Source of the DNA: Batkoa obscura
Lineage: Eukaryota
Reading direction: 5' to 3'
NCBI GenBank assembly: GCA_030770535.1
Contig: JASVEC010000129.1
Span: 1-44,575 of the forward strand
Length of the DNA: 44,575 bases
In this document: piece after piece, positions 1-13,414 of the stretch
How positions within the stretch are numbered: the stretch's first letter is position 1
Layout of the letters: each line of letters begins with the position of its first letter
The notes under the pieces: generated by a model
What the model was told of the DNA's origin: nothing
The model's input: only the letters and a program-made list of their open reading frames with translations
The model's database searches: none
Translations under genes and position numbers: made by a program

Positions 1-1298
1 ATAAATAATAGATTAATTTATAAGAAAATTAATAATTTATTTAATGTAATATAGATTTAGATCGAATTAGTGAGATGGAATGCCCCCTTTGATATTAGTT
101 TAGCCTTAGTTTTATGTGGAGCGGATTTCTTTTTAGCTTTAGTAAGAATCTATTCAAACACTCAGTTATTTTGATAAAATACTAATGATTCTATTAGGGA
201 CATGCACCTAATTCATATTCTTTATTTAGTGAATTAGTAGATAAATTAGAATTAGCATGGAAAGCAAGGACGGATCCAAAGGTTTCACTTGAACCTAGTT
301 GATTCAAAATTTTGGAGGTACAAGGGATGGTACTTATTTAGACATATATAAAATTTTTTACACCTAATTTGGCATTTCGGGGCATCTATGGATTAGCTGT
401 GATTTTAATGGCTTATGATTTTTTTTTTGTAAGTTAATTGGAAAAAAGAATTTTGATTCTGATAAAGAAATTTATTTTAATAATATTCTTTTTAGGAAGC
501 TAGTATTGAATTTTCAACTATATTAGCTACCTTTTCAACAGAATGTATTACCCAATGTACTCTGTTAGAAGAAGATATTATTAGTAAGAAAGAATATTAT
601 GATGATTCAATGTATGGTTTGAATCAAAATTTACAATTAGCTTTTGTAACAAATAAGCAATTTGCTGCTCGATGTTTAAAAAAATTATTGATTTTGTTTA
701 GAGGTAAGTTTAAAATGTTTGAAATTAATTATTTGTTTGCAGATATTTGTTTTATTGCAATGTATTAATTAATTTCTACCTTTTTAGATGTTAGCCAGTA
801 AAATCCAACCAATTTCAAATATACAGAATGGATGTTAATTTTAATTCAATTTGGGTGGCCATATTGGGAATTTGCATTTGATAATGTCATCATTGTCAAA
901 AGGCTAGAAGAATACCCTGTAAAAGAATTCCCCATCTTATTAAAATATATTTATGGTAAGTTATTATTAATTTTTAACTTAATAACTTGAACTTATTGAA
1001 AAAAGATAGTTCTTTTTGTTTTTATATTTATGTTTTATACTTTTATTTTAATCTTTTAATCTATTTAGAACCCAATTATGCACGTAAATTAATGAATCAA
1101 ATAATGAAGCAGCCTAATTCTTTCCAATTTATATCCCATAAATTTGCACCTGGTTCAAAAATTACAAGTGAAATTTTGGTTGAAATGCATGCTATTATTG
1201 ATAATAGTAAAGAGTTGCTTAATAAAGGGGATTTTGATCCTTGGTTACAAAGTAAATTGGTTGAGTTTTTAAAGACGGAAATGCTAGTAAAAAAATAA
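1..1298 (+). CDS. 3' part of a multi-exon gene, possibly Integrator subunit 10-like (5' end outside the window; contains apparent errors)
   Basis: GT-AG exons 496-703, 788-955 and 1069-1298 join in frame: ...NLQLAFVTNKQFAARCLKKLLILFR...EWMLILIQFGWPYWE...FPILLKYIYEPNY...LVKK*. This resembles, from memory, the INTS10 C-terminal region. There is an in-frame TAA at 799-801 and the upstream exons are hard to phase. Confidence 0.4.
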
Positions 1299-1525
1299 TA
1301 TAGGAGCTATTATTAAAAATAAATGTTGTATGTTTTAGTGCAATGTTTTTTTTCGTTTAGAGTATATTATAATATGTATTTGTTTTATTTTATTTAAATA
1401 TTTAATAAATGATACAAGTTAATAAGTATCTAAAAATTAAAACTAAATTAAAATAGAATAAAAAATTAATAAACTCACCACTCCCAAAGTTTTAATAAAT
1501 CTAAATTTAAGATCAGTTATTTATT

Positions 1526-2835
1526 TTAATACCTTGAACGTGAATTTTTCCTAGGTGATCGACGATCCTCTCTACGACGAGAATCATAACGAGAATCATC
1601 ACGATATCTGGTTTCCCTGTCTGTAGTAGAGCTCCTGTCCCCTCTTCTATCCCCTCTTCTATCCCTATCTCTCGAATGATATTCATCTTTTCTTCTCCTT
1701 TCCTCTTTAAATTCTCTTTTTTCCTTTGGATGCTCAAATACTAAATCATATTTCCTACTACTACCAAAACCTTCTTTATATTTGATTTCATATTTTGAGT
1801 TTCTATCTTCTGTTTCTGCTTTAATTCCTGAGCCTAAAAATTCTTACTTAATTTCGAAACGGATTGAGAAAAATCCACATGAATTCTTTTATCATCAATT
1901 AAAACATTATCCATTTTAAAATAAGCTTCTTCACAATCTTCTTGATTTTCAAATTCAATAAACGCATAACATAAACTTTCTCCTGTTTTAAAATCTCGTA
2001 TAATTTCACACGAAGTGACCGGTCCAAACCTAGAAAAGATCAATTCCAAATCTTCATCCCTCGTTATTGGATTTAATTTACAAACAAATAATACATTTTC
2101 TGGTGGTTTAACATCAGCAAATGGTAAATCCCCTACCATTTCTAATGTCAATGCTTGAGCTTGAGCTTCCCTTTCTCGAGTCAATTTCTCTAATTGTTCA
2201 GGTGGAAGATCAGGTTCTAATTCTTCATCTTCTCCCACTCTTAATGTATTTAGTAATTCTTTACTAGGTTCTGGGGACATTTCATGGTACTTGTAAACCT
2301 TCTGGATCTGGGAATGGATCTTCTAATATAATCGTATGTTTAATACGTATATCTCTTAATGGCTTATATTGATCATCACAATAAGTTTGATTTAATTTTT
2401 CTAATACCTCTAAACCTTCTGCAATATGACCAAAGGGCACGTAATTTCCATCCAGATAATCCAGATCTTCTTTTAATGAAAAAAAAAATTGAGAGCCAGC
2501 TAAAGTTACCTGCTTATCGCCCGAGTTAACTTTGGTTGTTACCATAGATATCACGCCCAATTTATCATGTTTTAATTTTGGATGATATTCTGGTGTAAAA
2601 TACTTCTTTTTTGTTGGACCATTTAATAAATTAAAAATGCTTTCACCACCTTTACCAGAATTGCTAGGATCCCCACTTTGAGCCATAAAATCTTTTTCCA
2701 CTTTATGAAATGTACAAAAATTATAATATTTTATTTTACATAATTTGATAAAATTTAAACATGTTTTTGGACACTCATTAACGTTCAAGTCCACTACTAT
2801 ATCTCCTAAAGAGGTCTCGATTAATACACTCACAT
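1526..2835 (-). CDS. PPIL4: Peptidyl-prolyl isomerase-like 4 (cyclophilin + RRM + RS/RD-rich tail), split by three small indels
   Basis: ORF 2282-2833 is a cyclophilin domain ([15 protein letters not shown]...). ORF 1834-2280 has [15 protein letters not shown] and the RRM motif CYAFIEF. A third frame continues through KYDLVFE and an RD/RS-rich tail to TAA at 1528-1526. Breaks: ATG-TG-AGT at the start (+2), +1 near 2284, -1 in a T run near 1836-1840. Confidence 0.92.
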
Positions 2836-3080
2836 CACAACTGGCCTTGTTTTTTGTTAATTGAAATTGAAACTAAGGCTATATTGATTTTGGTTTTTGG
2901 AATTTTGTAAGCTGAAATTTAGCTTTAATGAAAACGATTGGTTGGACTTTGGGACATGTTCTTTTTAGTTGGAATTTTTTTTGATTCAAAAATATAAAAT
3001 CCAATTTACAGTTAAGTTTAGGATCATATGCAAAAATCCATCAAGTTTTATTACAAAAAATAAATAAACGCAAATCCGAT

Positions 3081-3128
3081 CCTAACCCTAACCTTAACCA
3101 CTAACTTTAACCTTAGCCTAACTTTGAT
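3081..3128 (+). repeat. Degenerate telomere-like (CCCTAA-type) hexamer tract
   Basis: cctaaccctaaccttaaccactaactttaaccttagcctaactttgat; a related sequence lies in inverted orientation at 19038-19090. Confidence 0.5.
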
Positions 3129-3311
3129 TTTTAATTATATTTATCATATTAGCCATAATTGATTTTCTAATTAAAAATTATATAACATCATAAATTATAA
3201 AGCTGCTTTTTATAAAAATAAAATTAAAGAAATCAATATATATATAAATCTATCAAATTGATAAACTTTTTTAATCATTTACTTATATTTAATATAAATA
3301 ATACATAATAC

Positions 3312-3608
3312 GATGATATTTTCTTTGACTTCATCGCTTTTTCTGTCTTTTAAGTGGGGATTGTATTTTTGTATTTAAGAATTTTGCTAACAAATTTTCC
3401 GCTTAAATAGTGCTTAAAAAATGGAAGAAATAATGAAGTGGGGATGTATTTCTGTATTTAAGAATTTACTAACAATTTTTCCACCCAAATAACGCTTAAA
3501 AGATGGAAAAAGTAATGAAGCCAAAAAAACAAAGTCAAAAAAACACTCCCAAGTGTTATTTGAGTGAAAAAGTTACTGTAAAATTCTTAAACACAAAAAT
3601 ACATCCCC
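3312..3608. mobile_element. Three nested copies of the ~98-bp GGGGATGT MITE
   Basis: The outer copy is split at AAGT (3352-3355 / 3551-3554) by copy 2 (3356-3550). Copy 2 is split at AAGT (3436-3439 / 3532-3535) by copy 3 (3440-3531, right terminus truncated). Confidence 0.85.
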
Positions 3609-4598
3609 ATGTATTATAAATGTTTGTATTTAAACATAGGTAAATTTATGGATTTAAGTTAGATATCGTATCTCATTTATTATATATGATAAATAGGTAC
3701 CTCATAAAAAAATACATCTTTAAACTCACTACAAGTTAAATAATAAGATAGCTTTGTTTGGCGCTTTTGTTACCTTAAAAAATATACATATATTTGTGTA
3801 AACCGCATCCTGGTAATACAAATTCCCGATCCATCATTTATTAGCAGTTAAATTTAAACAAATACTGTTTTGCAAGTGTATTGCAACTATTTAATTTAAA
3901 AATTCATATCGATTCATAACGATTACTATAGAATAATACAACCAACACATTGGTGGAGTTACTTTACTACTAAATTATCAAAAAACAAGTATGGTGTTTG
4001 AGTGATTTGTCATCTAAAATAAAAACATTATAATATACCTGCAACTATGTAACATCATAGTTTAAATCAACATACAATTTATTAAGTATTCACATAATTT
4101 TTATAATAAATCATTCATATAGTAACTGATGCTTACTTTGTAATTGATTATTATTTAGGATAGTAAAATATTGAGCTATTTAATCCAGAAATTTTAATAA
4201 AATTACTTCAGTAATCTTCAATGTTTAGCCGAAGCATTTCAGAAGTATATCTATCAATTTTAGTTACCAATAAAATTTTTATAATATGTTCTTCAAATTC
4301 ACTTAAGTGACTAAATAAAATTTGATAAAACAATAGCAATTTACTTTGTGAGTATTTTGTGGTTTAAATAAGCCTCATCTATGAAAATAGTATAATTAAA
4401 CTTAGGGTAATAAAGTTGAAACACGCCACATAAGTTTTAAAACTCATTATTTGAAAGTGAAATAAGGTTATAGCAAAATACAAGGTTATTTATTTTCTAG
4501 AGAACAAAAAAATGAACCCCTCGCTGTAATATAATGTAAGAATAACAATTCGCTAAAATGGATATTATTAAAAAAATGCTAAGTGGAACAATTGATAG

Positions 4599-4606
4599 TA
4601 TATAAA
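4599..4606 (+). promoter_or_regulatory. TATA box of P450-1
   Basis: TATATAAA ~40 nt upstream of ATG 4643. Equivalent TATAAAAAG motifs precede P450-2 (8752) and P450-4 (27961). Confidence 0.6.
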
Positions 4607-4642
4607 GACTGCAGATCAAAGATGATGATCAACTTTTACAAA

Positions 4643-6579
<1,937 letters not shown>

Positions 6580-6990
6580 ATATTTTATTGCTATATTGTA
6601 TAGTATTAATACTAATATGTAGCATTATGGGTTATAACAAACAAACCAAAAAAAGAAATAGACAAAAAAAATAGGTTAAATAGCTTAAGTTTAATCTTTG
6701 ATACTTTCTAGTTCATTTTATAAATATTGTATGGTGTTAAATATACAGCTGCTCAAACTCTATTGCGACCAAATTTGCAGTAGTTTTTAGAGTCATCTAC
6801 CTATTTGCTTAGTTTTCTAGAGCCTAATTTTTAGATTTAGTATATTTTTCCAAAATTTATTCCTAAATGAACACTTGTCTGTATCATAGTAGAATTACAA
6901 CAGTTGTACTAATCTTAAACCAACAGAATGTCGAAAACTTTAGAATTTTAAAATATTTAAAGCTATATAATAGGTAAAAGCCTTATATTT

Positions 6991-7081
6991 AAATGTTTTT
7001 TTTGTTTAAGGATCCTACTACCAATTTTTTCACTCAATAGTGCTTAAAAAAGTGCAAATAAATAAAGCTAAAAAAGACCTC
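6991..7081. mobile_element. Degraded MITE copy
   Basis: Internal sequence (tactaccaattttttcactcaatagtgcttaaaaa...aaagctaaaaaag) matches the MITE family; the termini are eroded. Confidence 0.55.
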
Positions 7082-7190
7082 GTTTAATCCATCAAGCGCA
7101 TATGTCGTATATTTACGTCATGGTCAAAAGTAACTTTTAGTTGATGAAGCCATAAGTTTGAATATTCTAATTAGTGATTAAGTAATATAT

Positions 7191-7289
7191 AGGGATGCTT
7201 TTTCCTGCTTCATTACTTTTTCCATCTTTTGAGCGCTATTTAAATGAAAAGATTGCTAGTAAAATTCTTAAATATAAAAGTACATCCCC
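7191..7289. mobile_element. MITE copy (99 bp)
   Basis: AGGGATGC...ACATCCCC flanked by ATAT/ATCT. Confidence 0.85.
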
Positions 7290-7776
7290 ATCTAGACTAT
7301 GAAATAAATAATGACTTTATTAACGTAAGGAGTTGTTAGCCTTAGTAGCTTTTTTGAAAATTTTGGAGACACTTAAGGAGTTAAATTTAAAAATTAAAAA
7401 TAAATGTTTAAAAAAATTAGAAAAATTTAACACAAAATAAAACATAAAATAAAACAACGATGGTATTTTATAATGCTTTTAATCGAGCAAGCTATAACAA
7501 TTAATAAAACGAATCTAAATTAGTTAAACTGTTTACAACTTTTCCTTTCCTGCTATAGATACAGTCATTTTAAAAAGCTTCATAAAAATCCTATATACTC
7601 TATAGCAGTTCAGTTTAAAATAGCTATTATGATTTATAGAAAATAGTTCATTAATAAACTTAAAAACTTACACTTTTAAATACAAGGGGGAAATATTTGT
7701 AAAGTATTTTTTGGTTAAGTATCCATACTAAAAGTTTGGTTTAATTTATATAAATAAAGTCCAAAAGAGAACAGAA

Positions 7777-7805
7777 GAATGAAAGAATGAAAGAATGAAA
7801 GAATG
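7777..7805 (+). repeat. (GAATGAAA)n microsatellite
   Basis: About 3.5 tandem 8-nt units. Confidence 0.7.
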
Positions 7806-8794
7806 GTAGTACCAGCCCATATTGGAATGGCGATCAATGAAATAATTTACCTTTTCATAGGTTAGCACCTGTAAGTTACCATATTGTCTTTGTAAGGGAA
7901 GGGATTGGTACTATATTAGATGTATAAGGACTCTCAACAGGAGTACCCGCCATTTCTTAAATAAAATTGGTATAAGGAAGAAAATCAATAATCTTTAATC
8001 TAATTTGTCAAAAATCAAGTATATAAAGACAGCACTAGTAACAATAAATAATATAATGAACTCAAGTATTTCTAAAGAAAGGGGTAATTTGATAAAGTAT
8101 TATTAATATAAATTTCCTTAGTTTTAACTTTATCTTTTTAAAACAAACGTAATGTTAGATAATTTAGTTCTTATATAAATAAGGATATTATAGAATACTA
8201 AAAATTAAGTAACTTTATAGTCTAAACTGGCATATATTTTGTTTATTTTAAACATCTTGAACCCTGTAACTCATTTTTAACATGTAGCAGCTAATCACTA
8301 GCTTAGAAATTGACTGTTAGTTATGATAGTAGTATATTAAGCTGTTTGGTTATAATTTAAAAATAATCACTTAGATACATTATTTCTGTTTAACTGATAC
8401 ACTTGACGAACATATTCTTCATATGTATCCAAGTGATTAGAATTGGAACGTTTATAAAAATGGTATTTTTACTTCAAGCGAGCATTTCACGGCCAAAATA
8501 GCCTCCATTTTTGAAAATAATATCATTTATTTAAACCTAAAATAATGAAATTCAAATGTATCATATGTGTTGGTTTTTCATCCCATAGTAAAGTAAATAC
8601 GATATAAAAACGCGGAAGTATTTATCCTTAAATAGTAAACAAAAGAAATCAAAACCAGGGGAACATATTATAGGAACAGTAATTCTTCGGATTAGGTATT
8701 AAAAATACGATTCCTTTTATTTTTAAGAAATGTTAAGGGAATAAAGGATAGTATAAAAAGATCATAAATTGAAGATAAAGATCAACTTTCACAA

Positions 8795-10736
8795 ATGATC
8801 GAGATCAAATCAATTTTAATCATAGCTTCAATTTCACTATTAGTATACTATATTTATAGCGTAATATGGCTTGTTTAAAAATGGCAGAATACTAACATAG
8901 TTATATAGGTCATACATAGCTTGTTCTTTTGTCCATTAAGGAAGGTTCCAGGCCCATTAATCGTGCACTTTATTCCATTTTACTATAAACTCAAACAAGC
9001 TGATGGAACTCTACATGAATATGCATTGAATATTCATAAAAAATATGGCCATACAGTAAGAATTGGTAAATTAAATTTCATAATTCTAGTGACTCTAATA
9101 ATTATAACTATTTCTCAAGGGGGTGATTTAATTTCAGTTGTTTCAGATTCAGCTTGCAAAGAAATACATAATACTTATGATTACTTGAAAGATGGGCTTT
9201 ATGAGGCCATTAAAGTGATGGGCGAGAATATGCTTAATACTAAGTAAATTGTATATTGTTATTTAAACATGTCTAATAATATATTAGCGATAAAGAAGGT
9301 CACCGTTTTAAAGTAAGATATATAAGAAATCCATAAAGTAGTTCTTATCAACGTATTTAGAAAAGGATTTTGGCCCCGTTTTTTTCAGATAAGACAATTT
9401 TAAGTGTCGAAAATGTAGTCAAAGAGAATGTAGACAATTTAGTAAACAAGCTAGAGGAATTTTCAGATAATAATCAAAAATTTGATCTTGGACTCTATTT
9501 TCATTATTTTTCATTCGTAAGTTAAAAATACAAAAACTTATTTATTTATTTAACATACAATTAGGATATAATTGGTGACCTTGGATTTGGAAAACCATTC
9601 AATATGGTAAAGAAGGGATACCATCCAGTTATTGATTGGATAAAGGATGTTTTTCGCATAACATTTTTGGTATTTTATACTTTATCTATAAGGATTATAT
9701 ATTTAAAAATATTATAGGTGGCTGCATTCCCAGCCTTAAAGCATTTTCAATACGCTGTATTAAAAGCTTATATCAGGTATATATAGTTAATGTGGCATAT
9801 TAGTTGTAATAATAGCTTAGTTTTCTTTTGATGCGATAAATGATGCTAAAAACCATCCAGATAAAGTTACTATCATGAATGCCCTAATTAACGCTGAAGA
9901 TCCAGAAACTGGAAAGAAGCTTAGTGAAAAAGAAGTAGCTGAAGAATCTATGCTTCAAATGTAAACATTACAATTAAATTTTTCTATCACTAACTTGATT
10001 ACTAAGTGCCGCTGGAACAGATACCACTTCAAATACTCTTACCTGGTAATACTGCTAAAAAATTGTCATATCAAATAATAATATAAAATAGGTTTTTTTA
10101 TAACCTAGCAAATAATCCAGATGTATATGAAAAAGTTGAAAAGGAAATTCATAGCACTTTCCCAAACAAAGGTTCAATTAACTATTCTAAGGTCAAATCA
10201 GAATGTCATTATCTTAACGCTACAATTCATGAAAGTATGAGAATTAAACCAGTAGCTCCTGGTGTTTTAAGTAGATTCGTTCCTAAAGGAGGAAGGGTAA
10301 TAGATGGCTACTTTATTCCAGAAGGGGTAGTATAAATATGCATTTAATATATATTTAGTAAGATTATTTTAGACTTCTGTAGGGGCTGCTGCAATCGCAA
10401 AACATAATTTACCATCTTTATGGGAAGATCCCGATAATTTCAATCCAGAAAGGTGGTTAGAAAATGGAAAGTTCAAAAACAATCCAAATTTTTTTCCCTT
10501 TTCAATAGGTCCAAGAGCTTGTATCGGTAGAAGGTAAGAAAGACATAAATATTGTAATATTATATGTTTATATTTTTATTTTTACTAGTTTAGCTTGGAT
10601 GGAACTTTATTTGGTTACTGCAACTTTGATAAGAAATTTTAGATTTGAAAGAGAGAATAACAAGAGAATAAGTTCAAAATTCTACATGGTTGTTCAGCCT
10701 ACTGAGCCCATCTGCTATACTGTTAATAAAATTTAA
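8795..10736 (+). CDS. Cytochrome P450 (P450-2), tandem paralog of P450-1, with a 1-nt deletion in exon 7 (recent pseudogene or assembly error)
   Basis: Same 12-exon structure, with AGTDTT, ESMR, PERW and [10 protein letters not shown]. Exon 7 is 59 nt versus 60 nt in P450-1, -3 and -4 (gctgtatt vs gcttgtgtt near 9756). Confidence 0.88.
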
Positions 10737-11296
10737 CTATACTTTAAGTACTTTTATATTCATTTTAAAAAACGTGCTTTTTTAATAGATTTATTAAAAT
10801 TAGATTATTATCAAAGTTTTAGCTAGAATATTTTTGAAAAATGTATTAAAAATACCAACTTTATTGGTATCTTACCTTTAGTTGTTCTTATCAGCAATAT
10901 TCTATTAATAGTTAAAGTAACTTAGTATAAGTTACTTTCTTAAAGAGCTTACCTAATTCGTCTTATTTGGAAATGCTTGCTACATTTAAAAATAAGAATT
11001 TCAAGAATAGAAATGTTAGTATAATGATTACTTTTGTTTTTTAAAAAAGGTTTGTATTGATATTGATACTATAAAAACCTCTTTATAAGTATCAAATATG
11101 AGAAATTTATGTTAAGTATATATCAAGTTTTACTATAAGGTTTAAAAGTATGTAGTTTCGATAACAAAATGTTTACTAGTTTCTTAATAAAAACTTATAA
11201 GTTATACTTTGTTAAACAGAAGTATTCGCTGTTGACTCTTTAAAATACAAATGATTAAAACTACTAGATACTATAAGCGTTTTGAAATAATAATAT

Positions 11297-11394
11297 GGGG
11301 ATGTATTTTTGTATTTAAGAATTTTACTAATAATTTTTCCACTCAAATAATATTTAAAAGATGGAAAAAGTAATGAAGCTAAAAAAACATCCCC
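11297..11394. mobile_element. MITE copy (98 bp), best-preserved exemplar
   Basis: Perfect GGGGATGT/ACATCCCC TIR and a perfect ATAT target-site duplication. Confidence 0.92.
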
Positions 11395-11644
11395 ATATGT
11401 TGGTTGGAAAATAATTTACTTATTTATAAATCCGAATAATATCTTTAAATATATTTGAATAAGTAACTTTATTAAACTAAAGTGACGATTTTTGAAAAAC
11501 ATAAATTATGAGGTTATAGCTAAAATGTAAATAGGATTAAAAATACGAGATCCGATCATAAATATTAATAAAAAAGCGAAGAATATGTTGATAATAACTT
11601 TAGATGATGTTATAAAATTGCGGAATATAAGACATTTAAAATAT

Positions 11645-13414
11645 TTATTTTTTTAACGCCTTTGGAGTATTTTCTGAAGCTTTGGTAATGATCTCAATCA
11701 AATTCAAATTCATCCTGCACAATATTGAGCTATAAGGCGTTTTTAACAAAGACTTTAACATTTTCCTCCCTTTTTGAATATATATATCATTCTTATCATC
11801 ATCTCTACCATATCGTATCATAAAAACTAAACAAATAGAGATTAGTATATAGTCAAGAGCAAGGGTATATTTATGAGAGGCTCTAATAGCACTATCAATT
11901 ACTAAATGACATTCTTTGAATATAGTTCCTGTATAATCTATTGTATTCCTATCAAGAGCTCTATCATTTGAATACTCTTTAAATTCATAAATACTTTTTT
12001 CTTTAGATACACTAAATCGAGTATAATAGATATAATAGTTAATATGATGATAAAAATAAATAATACAACCTTGATAATCCTCAACAGTCAGTTTTAAATC
12101 TTGGTCATTTATGGCGGGCAAAAAATTATTCATTATAGTAGTATATCTCTCTTTAACTCTGAATATTTTGAGTGAAAGTTTCTTTAAAATACAGCTAAAT
12201 TTGATTTGATCTTTTGCCTCCTCTACTTTCCTTTCTTTAATTAATCGTAAATCAAAAAATATTGTGCTTATTATGTAATAAAACTCTTGTAGTTTTAGAA
12301 AACAATATTGTTGAATGATCTTTTTATATTTTTCGAGATTAAGATGATAGCTGGTAATTTTATGAGCAAAATAACTATTTAATCTCTTTAACTTTAACAA
12401 TAGCATAGGCTCTGCGACATAAGATCCAGCTGCTAATAAAGTCCCATTATAATATGCGTTTAATATACAATAAGTATAAGCCCTCTCAATATTAATACTC
12501 ATAGGTAACTTATTTGTAGAATGATTTAAACCGATTACAAATGATATTCTATAGCAGTGGAACAAAAGACACTCTTTGAGACTAGCTATCCAGGGAAAGA
12601 ATGGCGTCCCAACGATTAATATAAGTATTGTCTGTATATTTTCTAGACAGGGTTTGATCTTTGGAACGCTTGAAACAAAATTATAAAGCTTTCCTTCAAA
12701 ATATTTTATCAAAATTTTTATATCCTCTGTTTGTTCCATATATAAAAGACCGCCAATGAGTATTGCTGATTTTAAAATAAAGGAATATGAATTAAAAGAA
12801 AATCTAGTTTTATCAAATAATGGAAATACTGTATTAACAAATTCAAAATATTTGATTATAGCTTGATTTAAAATTAGGCCAATATTAAAGCTAGTGCTCT
12901 TTGGTACTTTGGGTATAAAGTTCAATTTTCTACGTTTAGATGCTAATAACCCTAATTTATGTGTTAATATTATAAAAAGATCTAGCCCTTTACTAGGAAA
13001 AAAAGGTGAAGGATTTTGAATAAAATTTAATAAATTCTCTAGCAAAATCTTCCTTTGAAATTTATTGAAAATTCCAAGGATACTATATGAAAATTCAAAA
13101 TGTTCAGGTAGCTTTGACAGCTGATATTTAGCTCCTTTAGATCGAAACGATTTTGAATTGAGCCGAGATTCACCAAGGTGTGCAAAGTTGATACTTACAT
13201 TGCTTCTCAATTTAAATTCAGGTAAGTATTTTTTCGATTGATATTCGGTGTTCTCTTTCTTAAAATATACAACTTTTCTCTTGAACGTACATTCGGTATG
13301 TCTTCTTATACATCTTGAGCATTTAGGTACTAATCTATCGCATTTAACATGGCTATTAGAACACTGATCACATCTATATCCTCTTTTATTTAATTTTATT
13401 TTATTTTCCTTCAT
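11645..13414 (-). CDS. Zn(II)2Cys6 (GAL4-type) transcription factor, intronless, 589 aa
   Basis: CDQCSNSHVKCDRLVPKCSRCIRRHTEC binuclear cluster; YFEFVNTVFPLFDK resembles the start of the fungal TF middle homology region. Confidence 0.9.
   Translation of the reverse strand: MKENKIKLNKRGYRCDQCSNSHVKCDRLVPKCSRCIRRHTECTFKRKVVYFKKENTEYQSKKYLPEFKLRSNVSINFAHLGESRLNSKSFRSKGAKYQLSKLPEHFEFSYSILGIFNKFQRKILLENLLNFIQNPSPFFPSKGLDLFIILTHKLGLLASKRRKLNFIPKVPKSTSFNIGLILNQAIIKYFEFVNTVFPLFDKTRFSFNSYSFILKSAILIGGLLYMEQTEDIKILIKYFEGKLYNFVSSVPKIKPCLENIQTILILIVGTPFFPWIASLKECLLFHCYRISFVIGLNHSTNKLPMSINIERAYTYCILNAYYNGTLLAAGSYVAEPMLLLKLKRLNSYFAHKITSYHLNLEKYKKIIQQYCFLKLQEFYYIISTIFFDLRLIKERKVEEAKDQIKFSCILKKLSLKIFRVKERYTTIMNNFLPAINDQDLKLTVEDYQGCIIYFYHHINYYIYYTRFSVSKEKSIYEFKEYSNDRALDRNTIDYTGTIFKECHLVIDSAIRASHKYTLALDYILISICLVFMIRYGRDDDKNDIYIQKGRKMLKSLLKTPYSSILCRMNLNLIEIITKASENTPKALKK

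Noticed and set aside
987..1068. N-terminus of ORF 987-1298
   Set aside because: It starts at TTG inside an intron; only 1069-1298 is exonic.
1513..1737. 74-aa ORF
   Set aside because: Alternative frame overlapping the PPIL4 RD/RS tail.
1834..1847. A 14-nt GTAAGAATTTTTAG micro-intron would restore the PPIL4 frame exactly
   Set aside because: It is shorter than the smallest spliceosomal introns I know of and than all others here (>=42 nt). A homopolymer deletion error is more parsimonious; RNA-seq would settle it.
7805..8100. GC-richer patch that might be a decayed coding remnant
   Set aside because: The frames I translated are interrupted and show no recognisable motif.
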